64,000 bases of DNA from Polyangiales bacterium (GCA_038231275.1 JBBRLQ010000020.1:64001-128000); one strand, 5' to 3'; shown: positions 50,648-61,125, numbered from the stretch's first letter. The notes: generated by a model not told the origin, from the letters alone. Program-made: numbers and translations.

Positions 50648-52200
50648 ACGTCCTCGAGAGCTACTTGTCCGGGAAATGGGTTCGTGGCAACGGCCGCGAG
50701 GCCACGCTGCTGAACCCTGCGACGGAAGAAGCGCTCGCGAAGACCTCGACGGAGGGGCTCGATTTCGCGGGCGCCCTCACCCATGCGCGCGACAAGGGGG
50801 GGCCGGCCCTCCGCGCGATGACGTTCGAGGCGCGCGGCGAGATCTTGCGCGCGATGTCCAAGGCGATCCACGCGCACCGCGACGAGCTCATCGGCCTCGC
50901 GATCGCGAACGGCGGCAACACGCGCGGCGACGCGAAGTTCGACATCGACGGCGCGATCGGCACGCTCGCCTGGTACGCGGACCTCGGCAAGGAGCTTGGC
51001 GCGACGAAGATCCTCCCCGACGGAGACGATCTCCAGCTGGGACGTGGCGCGCGGCTCTTCGGCCAACACGTCCACGTGCCGCGCCATGGAGTCGCGGTCC
51101 ACGTCAACGCGTTCAACTTCCCCGCGTGGGGCCTCGGCGAGAAGGCCGCGACGGCGATCCTGGCGGGAATGCCGGTGGTCTCGAAGCCGGCGACGAGCAC
51201 GGCGCTGGTCGCGTGGCGCCTCGTTCAAATCCTCGTCGAGACCAAGGCAATCCCAGAAGGCGCGCTCTCGTTCATCGCGGGGAGCACCGGCGATCTTCTC
51301 GAGCATCTCTCCGGCCAGGACGTGCTCGCCTTCACGGGTTCGAGCGTCACCGGCGCGACGCTCCGCGGAGGCAAATCCGCGATCACGAACAACGTCCGCG
51401 TCAACGTGGAGGCCGACAGCCTCAACGCCGCGGTGCTCGGTCCGGACGTCGAGGGCGGCTCCGACGTCATGAACCAGTTCTTGGCCGATGTCGTCCGCGA
51501 CATGACGCAGAAGACCGGCCAAAAGTGCACGGCCATCCGCCGCATCTACGTGCCGCAGGCGAAGGTGGAAGAGGTGGTGGAGGCGATCCGCGAGCGTCTC
51601 GCCGGCGTGAAGGTCGGCGATCCGTCGCGCGAGGACGTCACGATGGGCCCGGTCGCCACCGCGCAGCAGCTGAAGGACGTGCGCGAAGGGATCGGCAAGC
51701 TCGAGGCCGCCGGCAAGATCGTCTTCGGCAGCAAGACCGAGGTGACTGCGCTCGGCAGCACGGGAAAAGGCTATTTCCAGAGCCCGGTGCTCGTTCTCTC
51801 GACCGCGCCGCGCAAAGACGACGCCGTCCACAACCACGAGGTCTTCGGGCCCGTCTCCACGGTCGTCGCGTACGACGGCACCGCCGCGCGCGCCGCGGAG
51901 CAGGTCACTTGGGGCGGCGGAGGGCTCGTGTCGAGCGTGTACTCCGACGACAAAGCGTTCTTGGAAGAGACGGTGCTGGGGATCGCGCCATTCCATGGGC
52001 GCGTGACGATTGGCTCGTCCAAGATCGCGACGCAGGCCGTTCCCCCCGGGATGGTGCTGCCGATGCTGGTCCACGGCGGACCAGGCCGCGCGGGGGCCGG
52101 CGAAGAGCTGGGCGGCCGCCGCGGGCTTGCATTCTACATGCAACGCACCGCGCTACAGGGCGATCGCGCGATCCTCCAGGCTTTGTCGGGGAAGCGCTGA
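50644..52200 (+). CDS. boxD: 3,4-dehydroadipyl-CoA semialdehyde dehydrogenase (PaaZ-N-type ALDH)
   Basis: [44 protein letters not shown]; no MaoC domain. Confidence 0.88.
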   Translation: MNVLESYLSGKWVRGNGREATLLNPATEEALAKTSTEGLDFAGALTHARDKGGPALRAMTFEARGEILRAMSKAIHAHRDELIGLAIANGGNTRGDAKFDIDGAIGTLAWYADLGKELGATKILPDGDDLQLGRGARLFGQHVHVPRHGVAVHVNAFNFPAWGLGEKAATAILAGMPVVSKPATSTALVAWRLVQILVETKAIPEGALSFIAGSTGDLLEHLSGQDVLAFTGSSVTGATLRGGKSAITNNVRVNVEADSLNAAVLGPDVEGGSDVMNQFLADVVRDMTQKTGQKCTAIRRIYVPQAKVEEVVEAIRERLAGVKVGDPSREDVTMGPVATAQQLKDVREGIGKLEAAGKIVFGSKTEVTALGSTGKGYFQSPVLVLSTAPRKDDAVHNHEVFGPVSTVVAYDGTAARAAEQVTWGGGGLVSSVYSDDKAFLEETVLGIAPFHGRVTIGSSKIATQAVPPGMVLPMLVHGGPGRAGAGEELGGRRGLAFYMQRTALQGDRAILQALSGKR

Positions 52201-52204
52201 CGTT

Positions 52205-52245
52205 TCCGTCAGGAGCGTTTCGCTCCGCTGCGCTTCGCTCCACTC
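52205..52245. repeat. REP-like intergenic element, copy 1
   Basis: reverse complement of 62654-62695 apart from one inserted base. Confidence 0.85.
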
Positions 52246-53627
52246 TAGTCGTCGTCGGACGGCGGGAAGCGGCTCTCGAGACGCGCGCCCGCCTTCGGCA
52301 AGAGCAGGCGGACGATCGAACGCTCGTACTTTCGCTCGCGGACGTTCCACTCCGACAGGTCGACGCGCATTCCCGCGTCGTCGCCGAAGAGGATGCGGAT
52401 CTCCGGACGGAGAGGATCGCGGGAATTCACGCGTGTCACCATCGCCGGGTGGCCGTCGGTGAGCTCGACGACCATGCCCGGCGAGAAGATCCCTATCGCG
52501 CGTACCGCGACGTCGAGCCACGCCTTGTCGAAGTAGCGGCCGGCCAGCATCGTCGCCGCGCGGACGGCCGCTTCGGGCGCGTCGGAGTCGGTGGTATCGC
52601 CTAGCGGGATGCGGACGCGCTCGATGTAGTTGGCGATCGACACGATGCGCGTCCCTTCGTGCGGGATCGAGCCCTCCAGCGCGGGATAGCCGCGCCCGTC
52701 GACGCCGCGATGGTGATCGAGCGCGGTCGCCACCCACAGCGCCGGGCAGCCCCCCTCGAGGAGCGCGCGCGCGCCGAGGAGCGGGTGGTGCCGCGCGTAC
52801 CGTAGGCCACGCTCGTCGAGAAGCGGCTCGGGTACGCCCTGGAGCGCAGCGGGCAAGAGCAGCTCACCGACGTCGTGGAGGAGCGCTGCGCAGGTGACCT
52901 CGACGGTGATGGCCGAAGACAAGCGCCCCTCGCGCGCGATCGCGGCGCTCATGACGGCGACGTTGGTGCAATGGCCGGCGAGATCGAGCGCACCCTCGTC
53001 GAAGCGTCGCGTCCGGAGGGCAAAGCGGCGCCCGTCGACCGACTCCACGATGGACGACGCGACGCCGCGCACGAACGCGAGATCGATCGGCGCGCGGCCG
53101 CGGATCCGGAGGCCCACGTGCTCGAGGATCTTCACGACGAGCGGCTCGATCTCGCGGTGCGAGCGTTCTTCGCGATCGTAGTCGGAGCGATCGACGTCGC
53201 GGAGCGCGACGAAACGGACGAGCACGTGGCCCAGCGTGCTCGCGATGCGATCGCGGGCAGCGCGCGGATCGGCAGCATTTCCGGCCTCGGCGAGGCTCTC
53301 GGCGAGCGTCGTCATCTCCGGCTTCTCGATCCCTTGCAAGAAGACGAGGCACTCGATGCCGTGGCGGGCGAGCGCGTCGAGGAAGCCCGGCATGCGCGTC
53401 CGCAGCTCGGGCATCGGGCGGTCGTTCACCACGAGCTCGCCCTCGACGAGCGCGACCACGATCTCCGAGATGCGCGCGAGCACCCGCGCGAACGTCGCGG
53501 TGGCGGACTCGTCCGCCCGATCGATCGACGGATGGCCCGCCGGGTATTGCGCACGCGACACGATCGCCGTGAGGAGCCCGTGCAGCGCCTCGACCGCCTC
53601 GCCGGCCTGCGTGCGAGTGTCAGTCAC
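52245..53627 (-). CDS. HD-GYP domain protein (partly degenerate)
   Basis: HCTNV, LLHDVG, HP..GA, HHRGVDGRGYP; GTG start overlaps upstream stop. Confidence 0.85.
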   Translation of the reverse strand: MTDTRTQAGEAVEALHGLLTAIVSRAQYPAGHPSIDRADESATATFARVLARISEIVVALVEGELVVNDRPMPELRTRMPGFLDALARHGIECLVFLQGIEKPEMTTLAESLAEAGNAADPRAARDRIASTLGHVLVRFVALRDVDRSDYDREERSHREIEPLVVKILEHVGLRIRGRAPIDLAFVRGVASSIVESVDGRRFALRTRRFDEGALDLAGHCTNVAVMSAAIAREGRLSSAITVEVTCAALLHDVGELLLPAALQGVPEPLLDERGLRYARHHPLLGARALLEGGCPALWVATALDHHRGVDGRGYPALEGSIPHEGTRIVSIANYIERVRIPLGDTTDSDAPEAAVRAATMLAGRYFDKAWLDVAVRAIGIFSPGMVVELTDGHPAMVTRVNSRDPLRPEIRILFGDDAGMRVDLSEWNVRERKYERSIVRLLLPKAGARLESRFPPSDDD

Positions 53628-55743
53628 GGCCTTCCTCCATCGCCTTCTCGCACGCCTTGCGCACGCGCCACGTCGCCGATTGGAGGCCCTTCTGGAAGAG
53701 CGTCGGCGCGCTCGCGGCGCGCGATCGACGTAGCCCTTCGGCGGCGCGCTCGCGCAGCTCGGCCGAGAACGCGCGCTCGATGAGCCCGCGCGGCTCGAGG
53801 AGACGATAGAGCGCGGCAGCCGCCTCATCGCTCGGCGACTTTCCGAGCGCCTCCAAGGCACGTCGCCGTAGGTCGTCGCTCTGGTTCTCGTCGAGGATGC
53901 TCGCTTCGATCGAGTGCGCAGCGGCGGCGCTCATCACGACCTCGGCGAGCCCAGCGATCGCCGTCGCGCGCACCTCTTCGGACGCGTCGAGCAGCATCGC
54001 CGAGAGGAAATCGGAGGCCCGCGGCTCGGTGGCCATCGTGCGCATCGCGCGCGCGACCTCGAGCCGGACCTTGGGGTGCGGATGACGCGCGACCTGCGCG
54101 AGCTCGTGCGCGCGCATGCCGACGCGGGCGCCGAGGATCACCATGTTGCGGACGACGAACCAATCGGTGGACGCCAGGCGCGGCTTCACGTGGGGCACGA
54201 CCGCAGGACCGACGCCCGCGAGGATCTCGAGGAGCGCGCGCCGGAGCTTCCGGCTCGTCGTCTTTTCCAAGACCGCGAAGAGCTGATCGGCGCGCGTGGG
54301 GGCCGCGAGGCGCAGGAACGGCGTCAGCTCCTCGAGGCGCTCGTCGTGCCGCTCGAGATCGGCGAGCATGAGCGGCGCGGCGTTTCCGCGCACGATCGCG
54401 GCGAGCGCGCCTTGTGTAGCAGCGATCCAACGCGCGTCGTCGACCGCCGTGAGCGCGCGCGCGACGCCCAGCGCCCCCGAGATGCGACCTATCTTGACGA
54501 GGGCAACGGCCAGCCCCGGCGCGCGCGCGGCGACGTCGGCAAAATCGACGAGGCGCGCGCCGAGGAAGCCGAGATCCGTCGCCACCCGGTGATCCAGCGC
54601 GTCGAGCCGAACACCCTCGAACCCCTCGGCGGTCGGCGGGCGACCGGCCGGGTGCGCACGAAACGCCGCGCGCTCGTCGCGGATCCGCGCCGCGATCTGG
54701 GACAGGACCGCGCGCTCGAAGCGGTACATGTCACCGTCGCGCGGCGGCTCGGCGAGGCCGGCGATGACCTCGTGGGTCGCCGGCTCGTCGAGCGGCAGGT
54801 CGTAGAGGAGGCGCGCCAGCTTACGCAGAACCTCGATGCGCGTTCCCGCGTCGGGCACCACGGCGCGGAGCGCGAAGTAGAAGCGATCGAGGTGCGCCGC
54901 GTGGAAGCGGACGCTCGGCAGGCAAAGCAGCGCGAGCGCGTGGGGGCCGAGCGTCGCGAGGACGTCGGAGAGAGGTCGCCTCGCCGCTGCGTCGAGCGCC
55001 GCGAAGCCGAGGACCACGCGATCGCGCGCCTCCGGTCCGAGCTCCTCGAGCACGCGGACCACCTTGGGCTTCAACGCGACGCCGCTCTTCGCCTCGGTCT
55101 CCGCGACCAGATCCGCGAAGCCGGCCAGCACCTGCGCCAACGCCCGCTGCGGCTCGGCTTGCTCGAACATTCGCGCCAAGAGCTTCGGCTCGTCGAGAAG
55201 CTCCACAAGGTCGGCCTGGGGTGCCGGGCGCCGGTCCTCGACGCCGCGGAGCAGCGCGAGGAACAGATCCCGCAGGCGGCGGATGCGACGATCCTCGGCG
55301 CGCTCCTCGTCGAGCACGTCGTGCGCCAGCTCCTCCACTTGGACGCGCACGACGCCGCGCTGCACCGTCAGCGCGCGCATGCCGCCGCCCGCGAAGACAT
55401 CGTTCACCGGCATCACGGCGATCGCCATGAACGCGGTGAGCTCTTCGAGCGTCACGCCGGAGAGGAAGCGCACGAGCACCACCCCGCGCTCGTGAAAGTA
55501 CGGCGCCATCCTCGCGCGGAGGCCGGGATTCGTGGCGTGGACGGTGCCGATCGTCAGGGCGTCCTTGAAGACGCCGAGCGTCACACTTCCGGTCGCGCGC
55601 AGCGCCGCGCTGAGGCCCTCGAACGCTTTGGTGCCAGTGACCATGCTGACGGGATGGCCGACGGAGTACTGCGCCGCGCGGCCGATCCACTGCCACAGAT
55701 CGAGCACCCACTGCTCGTCGGACGGGGGCGCGATGCTCGGCAT
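53620..55743 (-). CDS. HEAT-repeat protein
   Basis: WFVVRNMV, HPKVRLEVA, EEVRATAI, DLRRRALEALG, WRVRKAC. Confidence 0.85.
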   Translation of the reverse strand: MPSIAPPSDEQWVLDLWQWIGRAAQYSVGHPVSMVTGTKAFEGLSAALRATGSVTLGVFKDALTIGTVHATNPGLRARMAPYFHERGVVLVRFLSGVTLEELTAFMAIAVMPVNDVFAGGGMRALTVQRGVVRVQVEELAHDVLDEERAEDRRIRRLRDLFLALLRGVEDRRPAPQADLVELLDEPKLLARMFEQAEPQRALAQVLAGFADLVAETEAKSGVALKPKVVRVLEELGPEARDRVVLGFAALDAAARRPLSDVLATLGPHALALLCLPSVRFHAAHLDRFYFALRAVVPDAGTRIEVLRKLARLLYDLPLDEPATHEVIAGLAEPPRDGDMYRFERAVLSQIAARIRDERAAFRAHPAGRPPTAEGFEGVRLDALDHRVATDLGFLGARLVDFADVAARAPGLAVALVKIGRISGALGVARALTAVDDARWIAATQGALAAIVRGNAAPLMLADLERHDERLEELTPFLRLAAPTRADQLFAVLEKTTSRKLRRALLEILAGVGPAVVPHVKPRLASTDWFVVRNMVILGARVGMRAHELAQVARHPHPKVRLEVARAMRTMATEPRASDFLSAMLLDASEEVRATAIAGLAEVVMSAAAAHSIEASILDENQSDDLRRRALEALGKSPSDEAAAALYRLLEPRGLIERAFSAELRERAAEGLRRSRAASAPTLFQKGLQSATWRVRKACEKAMEEGRD

Positions 55744-55764
55744 CGTACCCGATCATACATCGCG

Positions 55765-56778
55765 TCAGGTCTCGCGGGGGTCCGTGGAGCAGACTCGATT
55801 GCGCCCCAGCGATTTTGCCCGGTACATGCGCTCGTCGGCGCGCTTGACGAGGGCCTCGGCCGGCGCCGCCTTGTCGCACTCGCCCAGGTCGGCGACCCCG
55901 ATGCTGACCGTCGCCCGGAGCGTCTCGCCGGCGTGAGGGACCGCGAGCCTTTCGACGTTCAGGCGAATGCGCTCGGCGAGGAGGAACGCCAGCGCGAGCG
56001 GGGTCTCTCGGAGGAGCAGCGCGAACTCTTCGCCGCCGTAGCGCGTGAGCATGTCCTCCGCCCGCACCCGGTCCGCGATCGCCTGCCGAATGGCGCAGAG
56101 GAGCAGATCGCCGCCCGCGTGGCCGTGCGTGTCGTTGACGCTCTTGAAGTGGTCGACGTCGATCATGAGAACGCCGAGCGAGGTCCCGTGGCGACGCGCG
56201 TAGCCGACCTCCAGCTCGAGGCGCTGGAAGAAGTAGCGACGATTGAACGCGCCGGTCAACGGATCGCGCGTCGAGGCCTCGTAGAGGCTGCGCAGGAGCC
56301 CGTCCTCCACGTCGTCGAGCCAGCCGATCTGCACGACCGCCGACGGGCCGAGGTGGATGCGATCGCCGCTGTTCAGAGGGACGAAGGCGACCGGATCGCC
56401 GTTCAGGATGGTCCCGTTACGCGAGTCGAGATCCTGGACGAAGAGGAGGCCGTCGCGGTGAACGATGCGGCAGTGCTCGCGGCTGACGCCGCTGTCCTCG
56501 ATACGGATGTCCGCGGCCTCTGAGCGTCCGAGGATGTACTCGGGTTTCTCGTCGAGGGAGACGACCCTGCCCGCGTGGATGCCCGACATGACCGTGAGGC
56601 GCGGGCGCCCGCGCGAGCGCGTCGCGACGGGAACGAGCGTGGTGCTCGAGCCCTGCTCGTCGTCGCCGTCGTCCCACTGGCGGTAGACCGCGAACGCGGC
56701 GCCCGGCGTCGCGAGCTGGATGCCGGACTCGGGCCGCTTCGGGATCGGCTTGGCCTTCGCCTTTCGCCCCAGCTTCAT
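55765..56778 (-). CDS. FHA-GGDEF diguanylate cyclase
   Basis: FHA (LGRS, VSREH, SRNGT); DPLTG, DVDHFKSVND, RAED I-site, RYGGEEF. Confidence 0.95.
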   Translation of the reverse strand: MKLGRKAKAKPIPKRPESGIQLATPGAAFAVYRQWDDGDDEQGSSTTLVPVATRSRGRPRLTVMSGIHAGRVVSLDEKPEYILGRSEAADIRIEDSGVSREHCRIVHRDGLLFVQDLDSRNGTILNGDPVAFVPLNSGDRIHLGPSAVVQIGWLDDVEDGLLRSLYEASTRDPLTGAFNRRYFFQRLELEVGYARRHGTSLGVLMIDVDHFKSVNDTHGHAGGDLLLCAIRQAIADRVRAEDMLTRYGGEEFALLLRETPLALAFLLAERIRLNVERLAVPHAGETLRATVSIGVADLGECDKAAPAEALVKRADERMYRAKSLGRNRVCSTDPRET

Positions 56779-57194
56779 CGGGTCGCACCGTCGGTGACGC
56801 TACGGAGCTCGACGAGCTTGCGATCGCGCAGCTCGAGGAAGCAGTCGTAGACGTCGAGTCGCGGGAGATCGACCGCCGCGGCGATGACGGCGAGCGTCGA
56901 GCAATCGTCGACGTGCAGAAGCAGGAACGCGGCGCGGTGATCGAGCGCGGCGGGCCGCACGCCGGTGCGGACCGGAACGATCATGTCGAGCGGCATCGCG
57001 ACGCGCATGAACGTCCCGCTCGCGACCTCGCGGACGTGGAGCGGCGGCGCGAGCGTCGGACGCGACGACGGAGGAGCCTCTTTACCCTCCGCGAGCTCGA
57101 TGAGGCGCCCGTCCGGCAACACCCGAAACTCACCGGAGCGGAGCTCGCTCGGCGAGAAGGTCGTCTCGGCGTTGGAGCGTGACGGATTGCCCAC
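56775..57194 (-). CDS. small myxobacterial protein with LDHRxxFLL winged-helix-like tail
   Basis: LDHRAAFLLLHVDDCSTLAVI...LELRDRKLVEL; ATGA coupling to the DGC; start uncertain. Confidence 0.6.
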   Translation of the reverse strand: MGNPSRSNAETTFSPSELRSGEFRVLPDGRLIELAEGKEAPPSSRPTLAPPLHVREVASGTFMRVAMPLDMIVPVRTGVRPAALDHRAAFLLLHVDDCSTLAVIAAAVDLPRLDVYDCFLELRDRKLVELRSVTDGATR

Positions 57195-57336
57195 GCGAGC
57201 ATCTAGAGCAAGTCGCGCACCACCCCCGGAAGCGGCCCGCGCAGCGTCATTTCGGGGAGTTGAATGGTCGCGGCCGCTGCCACAGTCGCGTCCCGGTCCA
57301 ATCCCACACGGGCCTTTGTGGACCGAGAGGAGACGG

Positions 57337-58131
57337 TCAGGGCGCTTGCCATTGGAGGGCGTAGGCCCCTTCGTGCGCGTGAAATCCTCGGAAAATCGCG
57401 ACGGTCGCGGCGTCGGAGGCGAGACCGTCGGCGCCGAGGTGAAAGCTCCCGTCGGCCGCGGCGCCGTTGCCCGCCAGCGTCGAGAAGTCGCTGACCGCGT
57501 CGAACCAACGCGCCGGCTCGACGCGCACCACGAGCGTGCCGCCGGGCTGCGTAGAGAAGAGGACGGGGATGTCGGTGACCTGGCGCAGCGCGAGGAGCGG
57601 CGACTCGCCGGGCGTCGCGGGGCTCGCGGGCGTGAGCCACGACGAATCGATCGGCAACGCCCCCGCGAAGGGCACCGTCGTCTCCGCGCGCGTCGCGGTG
57701 CCGGCCACTTCGAGGATCGGCGTCGCGTCGTCGCCGCCGTCGGGCAAGAGCCACACCTCGCCGGTCTGCGCGACCTCGGCGACGCCTTCTCCATCGACGC
57801 CGAAGGGAACGGGCGAAGGGGAGAGCGCGTCGACCGTCACCTGCGCGAGCACCTGCGCGATGTAGCGCCCGCTCGAGTAGCCGCCGGTGGAGCGGCTCTG
57901 CGAAATCGGCACCGCGTGGTTCACGTACACCGGTCCCACGCGAAGCCGCGCGCGCGTGAGCGTCACCGACCATCCACTCGGCGTCGTGAAGGTGTACGCG
58001 CCGCCGCTCGCGCCATCGGTCCCGCGCGCCACGGCGTGGAACGCGAACACCTGGCTGCCGGTCGATCCGGAGCAACCGATCCCGAGGGCGAGGCCGATCG
58101 CGAGCACGACGCCGATCGTGAGCCGCTTCAT
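57337..58131 (-). CDS. lipoprotein companion of TonB-dependent receptor
   Basis: GIGC lipobox; ATGA overlap with receptor stop. Confidence 0.8.
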   Translation of the reverse strand: MKRLTIGVVLAIGLALGIGCSGSTGSQVFAFHAVARGTDGASGGAYTFTTPSGWSVTLTRARLRVGPVYVNHAVPISQSRSTGGYSSGRYIAQVLAQVTVDALSPSPVPFGVDGEGVAEVAQTGEVWLLPDGGDDATPILEVAGTATRAETTVPFAGALPIDSSWLTPASPATPGESPLLALRQVTDIPVLFSTQPGGTLVVRVEPARWFDAVSDFSTLAGNGAAADGSFHLGADGLASDAATVAIFRGFHAHEGAYALQWQAP

Positions 58132-60659
58132 CCGCCCACCTCCGGAAAGAAGATCGTGAGCGTCAGCATGAACGTGCGCGGCGCCCCCGCCGTGAAGTGC
58201 CGCGCGGCGACGAGCGTCGGGTACGGCTGGCTGTGGAAGTCCGACACGTAGTTGAACTCGCCGAGCCGGTAGCGCCGATCGAGGAGGTTCTGCGACGAGA
58301 GGCCGATCTGGTAGCGCGTCCAGCGCGCCGACGCGCCGACGTCGACGGTGAAGATCGTGTCGCTTCGTTGCCCATACGGCAGCGCGCGGCGCCCGACGTA
58401 GCCGAGGCCCGCCGACAGCGTCCCGCGCACGTCCCGCCCTGCGATCGAGAAGAGATCGCCCGACACCGCGGTTTCGCTACGCAGAACGAGATCCGGCACG
58501 TACGGCAAGAGGAGCCCGGTGTCGTCGTATTTGGCCTTCACGGCGGTGACGTTGATCGCCTGATCGATCCACGAGCCGGTGAGCCTCCCCTCGCCCATCC
58601 ACCCAGTGCGCGACGTGCCGCCCGCGAGCACGTTGCGCCCCGAGGTCTCGCTGAAGACGAGGTCCTTGTCGACGTGCGTGCCGAAGAAGACGCTGCGCGC
58701 GCCGAGGCGCATGTCGCGGAACGTGCCGGCGTACACGATGCCGCCCTCCGCGGCGTCGACGCGCGCGAACGGGGTCTTCGTGTCCTGCGTGACGTACACG
58801 GGATCGACGGTGCGCGCGCCCATGCCGTAGCTCGCGGCGAGCGTCAGGCCGGAGAATGGACCGAGGAGCACCGTCGCGCGCGGCTGCGCGAGGACGCTCG
58901 ACGTGCTGCTGCGCGTGTTGGGCTCGCGGTAGCCGCTGCGGTCGAGCGACTGGCACGGCTGATCGACGACCGCGCCGCGAGCGTCGGGAGGCGCCGCGCA
59001 GTGATTGTTCACGTCGTACGTGAAGAGATCCCCGCGCACGCCGCCGCGCACCGTGATCCAGTCGATCCCGGGCTTGACGCTCGCGTCGGCGAACATGCCA
59101 ACGTTGGTCATGACCGCCGACGAGTCGAGCTCCTTCGTGTACGGAACGAGCGTGCCGAACCGATCGCGCTGCTGCGTGCCGGTGACGTCGTCCACGCGCG
59201 CGAGGTAGCCGAGCTCGAGCTCCTGCGGCACACCGAACAAGTCCGCCTTCGTCCGCGCCGAGCCGCGCGCGCCGATCGTGTTCATCGTCGTGTCGAGATC
59301 GATGAGATCGCCGCGCGGATCGTGCGGGCTCTGGAATGCGCCCTGCGTATCGAGCAAGAACCCCGTAAAATTCTCGCGCAGGCGCATCGTGCGGTGCGTG
59401 ACGAAGACCTGCTGCGCGAGCGTCGTCTGCCCGGTGCGCGACGCGACGTCGAACGCGATCGACGCGCGCGAGGCGTCGCCTCCTTGCGTGGCGTCGTACG
59501 TGTCGTAGAAACCGGCGCGACCGACCTGCTCGTCGTCGGCGCGCAAGACGCCCGCCGAGCCGTAGTGCGTCGCGTACGCGGTGCCGAGGAGGCGAAACGT
59601 CGTCTTCGGCCCGAGCTTCCCCTCGTACTGCGCCATCGCCGTGCCGCGCTGGGCGCGACGGTTCTGCCCGAAGCCGTCGGTCTTGTAGATCTCGGCGCCG
59701 CCGAAGGTGTGCGTGCTCTCTTTGGGCGGCCCCCACAAGAGGAGCGCGCGGTGCGTGCCGAACGATCCGAACCCGTACTGCGCCGTGAGCCCGCGCTCCG
59801 CGAGGCCCAACGTGTACGCGGCGCTGCCCGCGACGGCGAAGTTCCCTTGGCGCGGATCGTACGGTCCTTCGGTGACGCGCAAAGACTCGACGAGCTCCGG
59901 CAAGATGAAGTGCGTGTCGGCGTAGCCGCTCCCGTGCGGGTTGCCGACGTCGTTGATCGGCATGCCGTTGAGCGAGAACTCGATGTCCTGCCCCTCGCGC
60001 GCGTCGAAGCCGCGGAGGAAGACCTGCTCAGCGTGCCCTTCGCCGCCTTCGTTCGAGAGGAACACGCCGGGCGCGAGCTTCAAGAGCTCCTGCGCGTTCT
60101 TGCGCGGGACGGCGCGGAGCTGGCCGATCTGGATGTCGATGTCGCTCGCGCCGTGGCTCGCCGGGCGCGAGACGCCGGAGACGGTGACCTCGTCGGGCGC
60201 CGCGTCCTCGATGCCGGGCGTGCCCCCTTCGGCGCCGGTGGCGGGCTTCTTCTTCGGCCGCTTCTCGGCCACGTGCACGTCTCCATGCGCGTGCGGTGGT
60301 GCGCCGGCGACCGCGGGCGGCGAGAAGTGAAACGGAATGTGCACGCGCGCGCGGACCGCGACGCCGTCACGCAGCGCCGGGCGAAACACCCACTGCTTGG
60401 CCGCTTCGAGCGCCGCTTCGTCGAAGCCGTGACCGACCGGCTCGGTGATGGTCGCCTCGAGCACCTTCCCGGTCTTGTCGATCACGACCGTGACGATCAC
60501 CGTCGTGTCGAGCTCCTCCCCCGCCGGATACATCGCGTCGACGTGCGAGATCGGATCGGGCGCCGTCACGTGCGCGGGCTGCGCGAGCGCGATCGGCGAC
60601 GTGGCCAGCACGGCGAGCGCGGCGACAGAGAAGGTGCAGGCGCGGGCGCGGCGGCGCAT
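58128..60659 (-). CDS. TonB-dependent receptor with N-terminal TonB-C domain (MxcH-like architecture)
   Basis: GHGFDEAALEAAKQWVFRPA TonB-C; plug FLRGFD...NPHGSGYAD; beta-barrel ending GAPRTFMLTL. Confidence 0.93.
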   Translation of the reverse strand: MRRRARACTFSVAALAVLATSPIALAQPAHVTAPDPISHVDAMYPAGEELDTTVIVTVVIDKTGKVLEATITEPVGHGFDEAALEAAKQWVFRPALRDGVAVRARVHIPFHFSPPAVAGAPPHAHGDVHVAEKRPKKKPATGAEGGTPGIEDAAPDEVTVSGVSRPASHGASDIDIQIGQLRAVPRKNAQELLKLAPGVFLSNEGGEGHAEQVFLRGFDAREGQDIEFSLNGMPINDVGNPHGSGYADTHFILPELVESLRVTEGPYDPRQGNFAVAGSAAYTLGLAERGLTAQYGFGSFGTHRALLLWGPPKESTHTFGGAEIYKTDGFGQNRRAQRGTAMAQYEGKLGPKTTFRLLGTAYATHYGSAGVLRADDEQVGRAGFYDTYDATQGGDASRASIAFDVASRTGQTTLAQQVFVTHRTMRLRENFTGFLLDTQGAFQSPHDPRGDLIDLDTTMNTIGARGSARTKADLFGVPQELELGYLARVDDVTGTQQRDRFGTLVPYTKELDSSAVMTNVGMFADASVKPGIDWITVRGGVRGDLFTYDVNNHCAAPPDARGAVVDQPCQSLDRSGYREPNTRSSTSSVLAQPRATVLLGPFSGLTLAASYGMGARTVDPVYVTQDTKTPFARVDAAEGGIVYAGTFRDMRLGARSVFFGTHVDKDLVFSETSGRNVLAGGTSRTGWMGEGRLTGSWIDQAINVTAVKAKYDDTGLLLPYVPDLVLRSETAVSGDLFSIAGRDVRGTLSAGLGYVGRRALPYGQRSDTIFTVDVGASARWTRYQIGLSSQNLLDRRYRLGEFNYVSDFHSQPYPTLVAARHFTAGAPRTFMLTLTIFFPEVGG

Positions 60660-60667
60660 TTTTCTTA

Positions 60668-60686
60668 GGTACAACTAAGTATTACC
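60668..60686. promoter_or_regulatory. imperfect 9-1-9 palindrome upstream of receptor, candidate metal-repressor box
   Basis: GGTACAACT-A-AGTATTACC, AT-rich, adjacent to TTGACG on the minus strand. Confidence 0.45.
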
Positions 60687-60780
60687 GTCGTCAACCCCTC
60701 GCGCGGGGGCCGGTGGGGCGTTCCGCTACGAAAGGTAAAGGACCTCGCGCACGCGCTTTCGAGCGGCGTATCGTACGTGC

Positions 60781-61125
60781 GTGTCGAAGGTCGCCTTGCT
60801 CCTCCTTCCCCTTCTCGCCGCGTGCGCCACCGTGCAGGTGACCGGACCGGAGCCCGAAGACTCTGGCCTCAGCGGTCCGTGCAGCTCCGAGACGCTGGTG
60901 CTCTGCGAAGCGGGCGCGGCCGGCGCGCCAGGCTGCGCGTCGGATCCCGACGCGGGCCATTACCAGGGGCTCATCCCGGGGAGCCGAAGCTACCCGGCTG
61001 GATGCGTCGTCAATTTTCCCGACCCGCGCCCACTCCAGCAGACCGGCGAGTGCGCGCTGGCCGCGCAGTGCACGTGCACCGATCCGTCACGCGCCTCGGG
61101 CACGCAGTGGACGTGCGTGCGCTGA
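60781..61125 (+). CDS. small Cys-rich lipoprotein
   Basis: LAAC lipobox; C-terminal CTC...WTC. Confidence 0.75.
   Translation: MSKVALLLLPLLAACATVQVTGPEPEDSGLSGPCSSETLVLCEAGAAGAPGCASDPDAGHYQGLIPGSRSYPAGCVVNFPDPRPLQQTGECALAAQCTCTDPSRASGTQWTCVR

Noticed and set aside
57200..57336. Possible riboswitch near the TonB receptor operon (also checked 60687-60780)
   Set aside because: Only short hairpins; no recognisable cobalamin or other aptamer consensus
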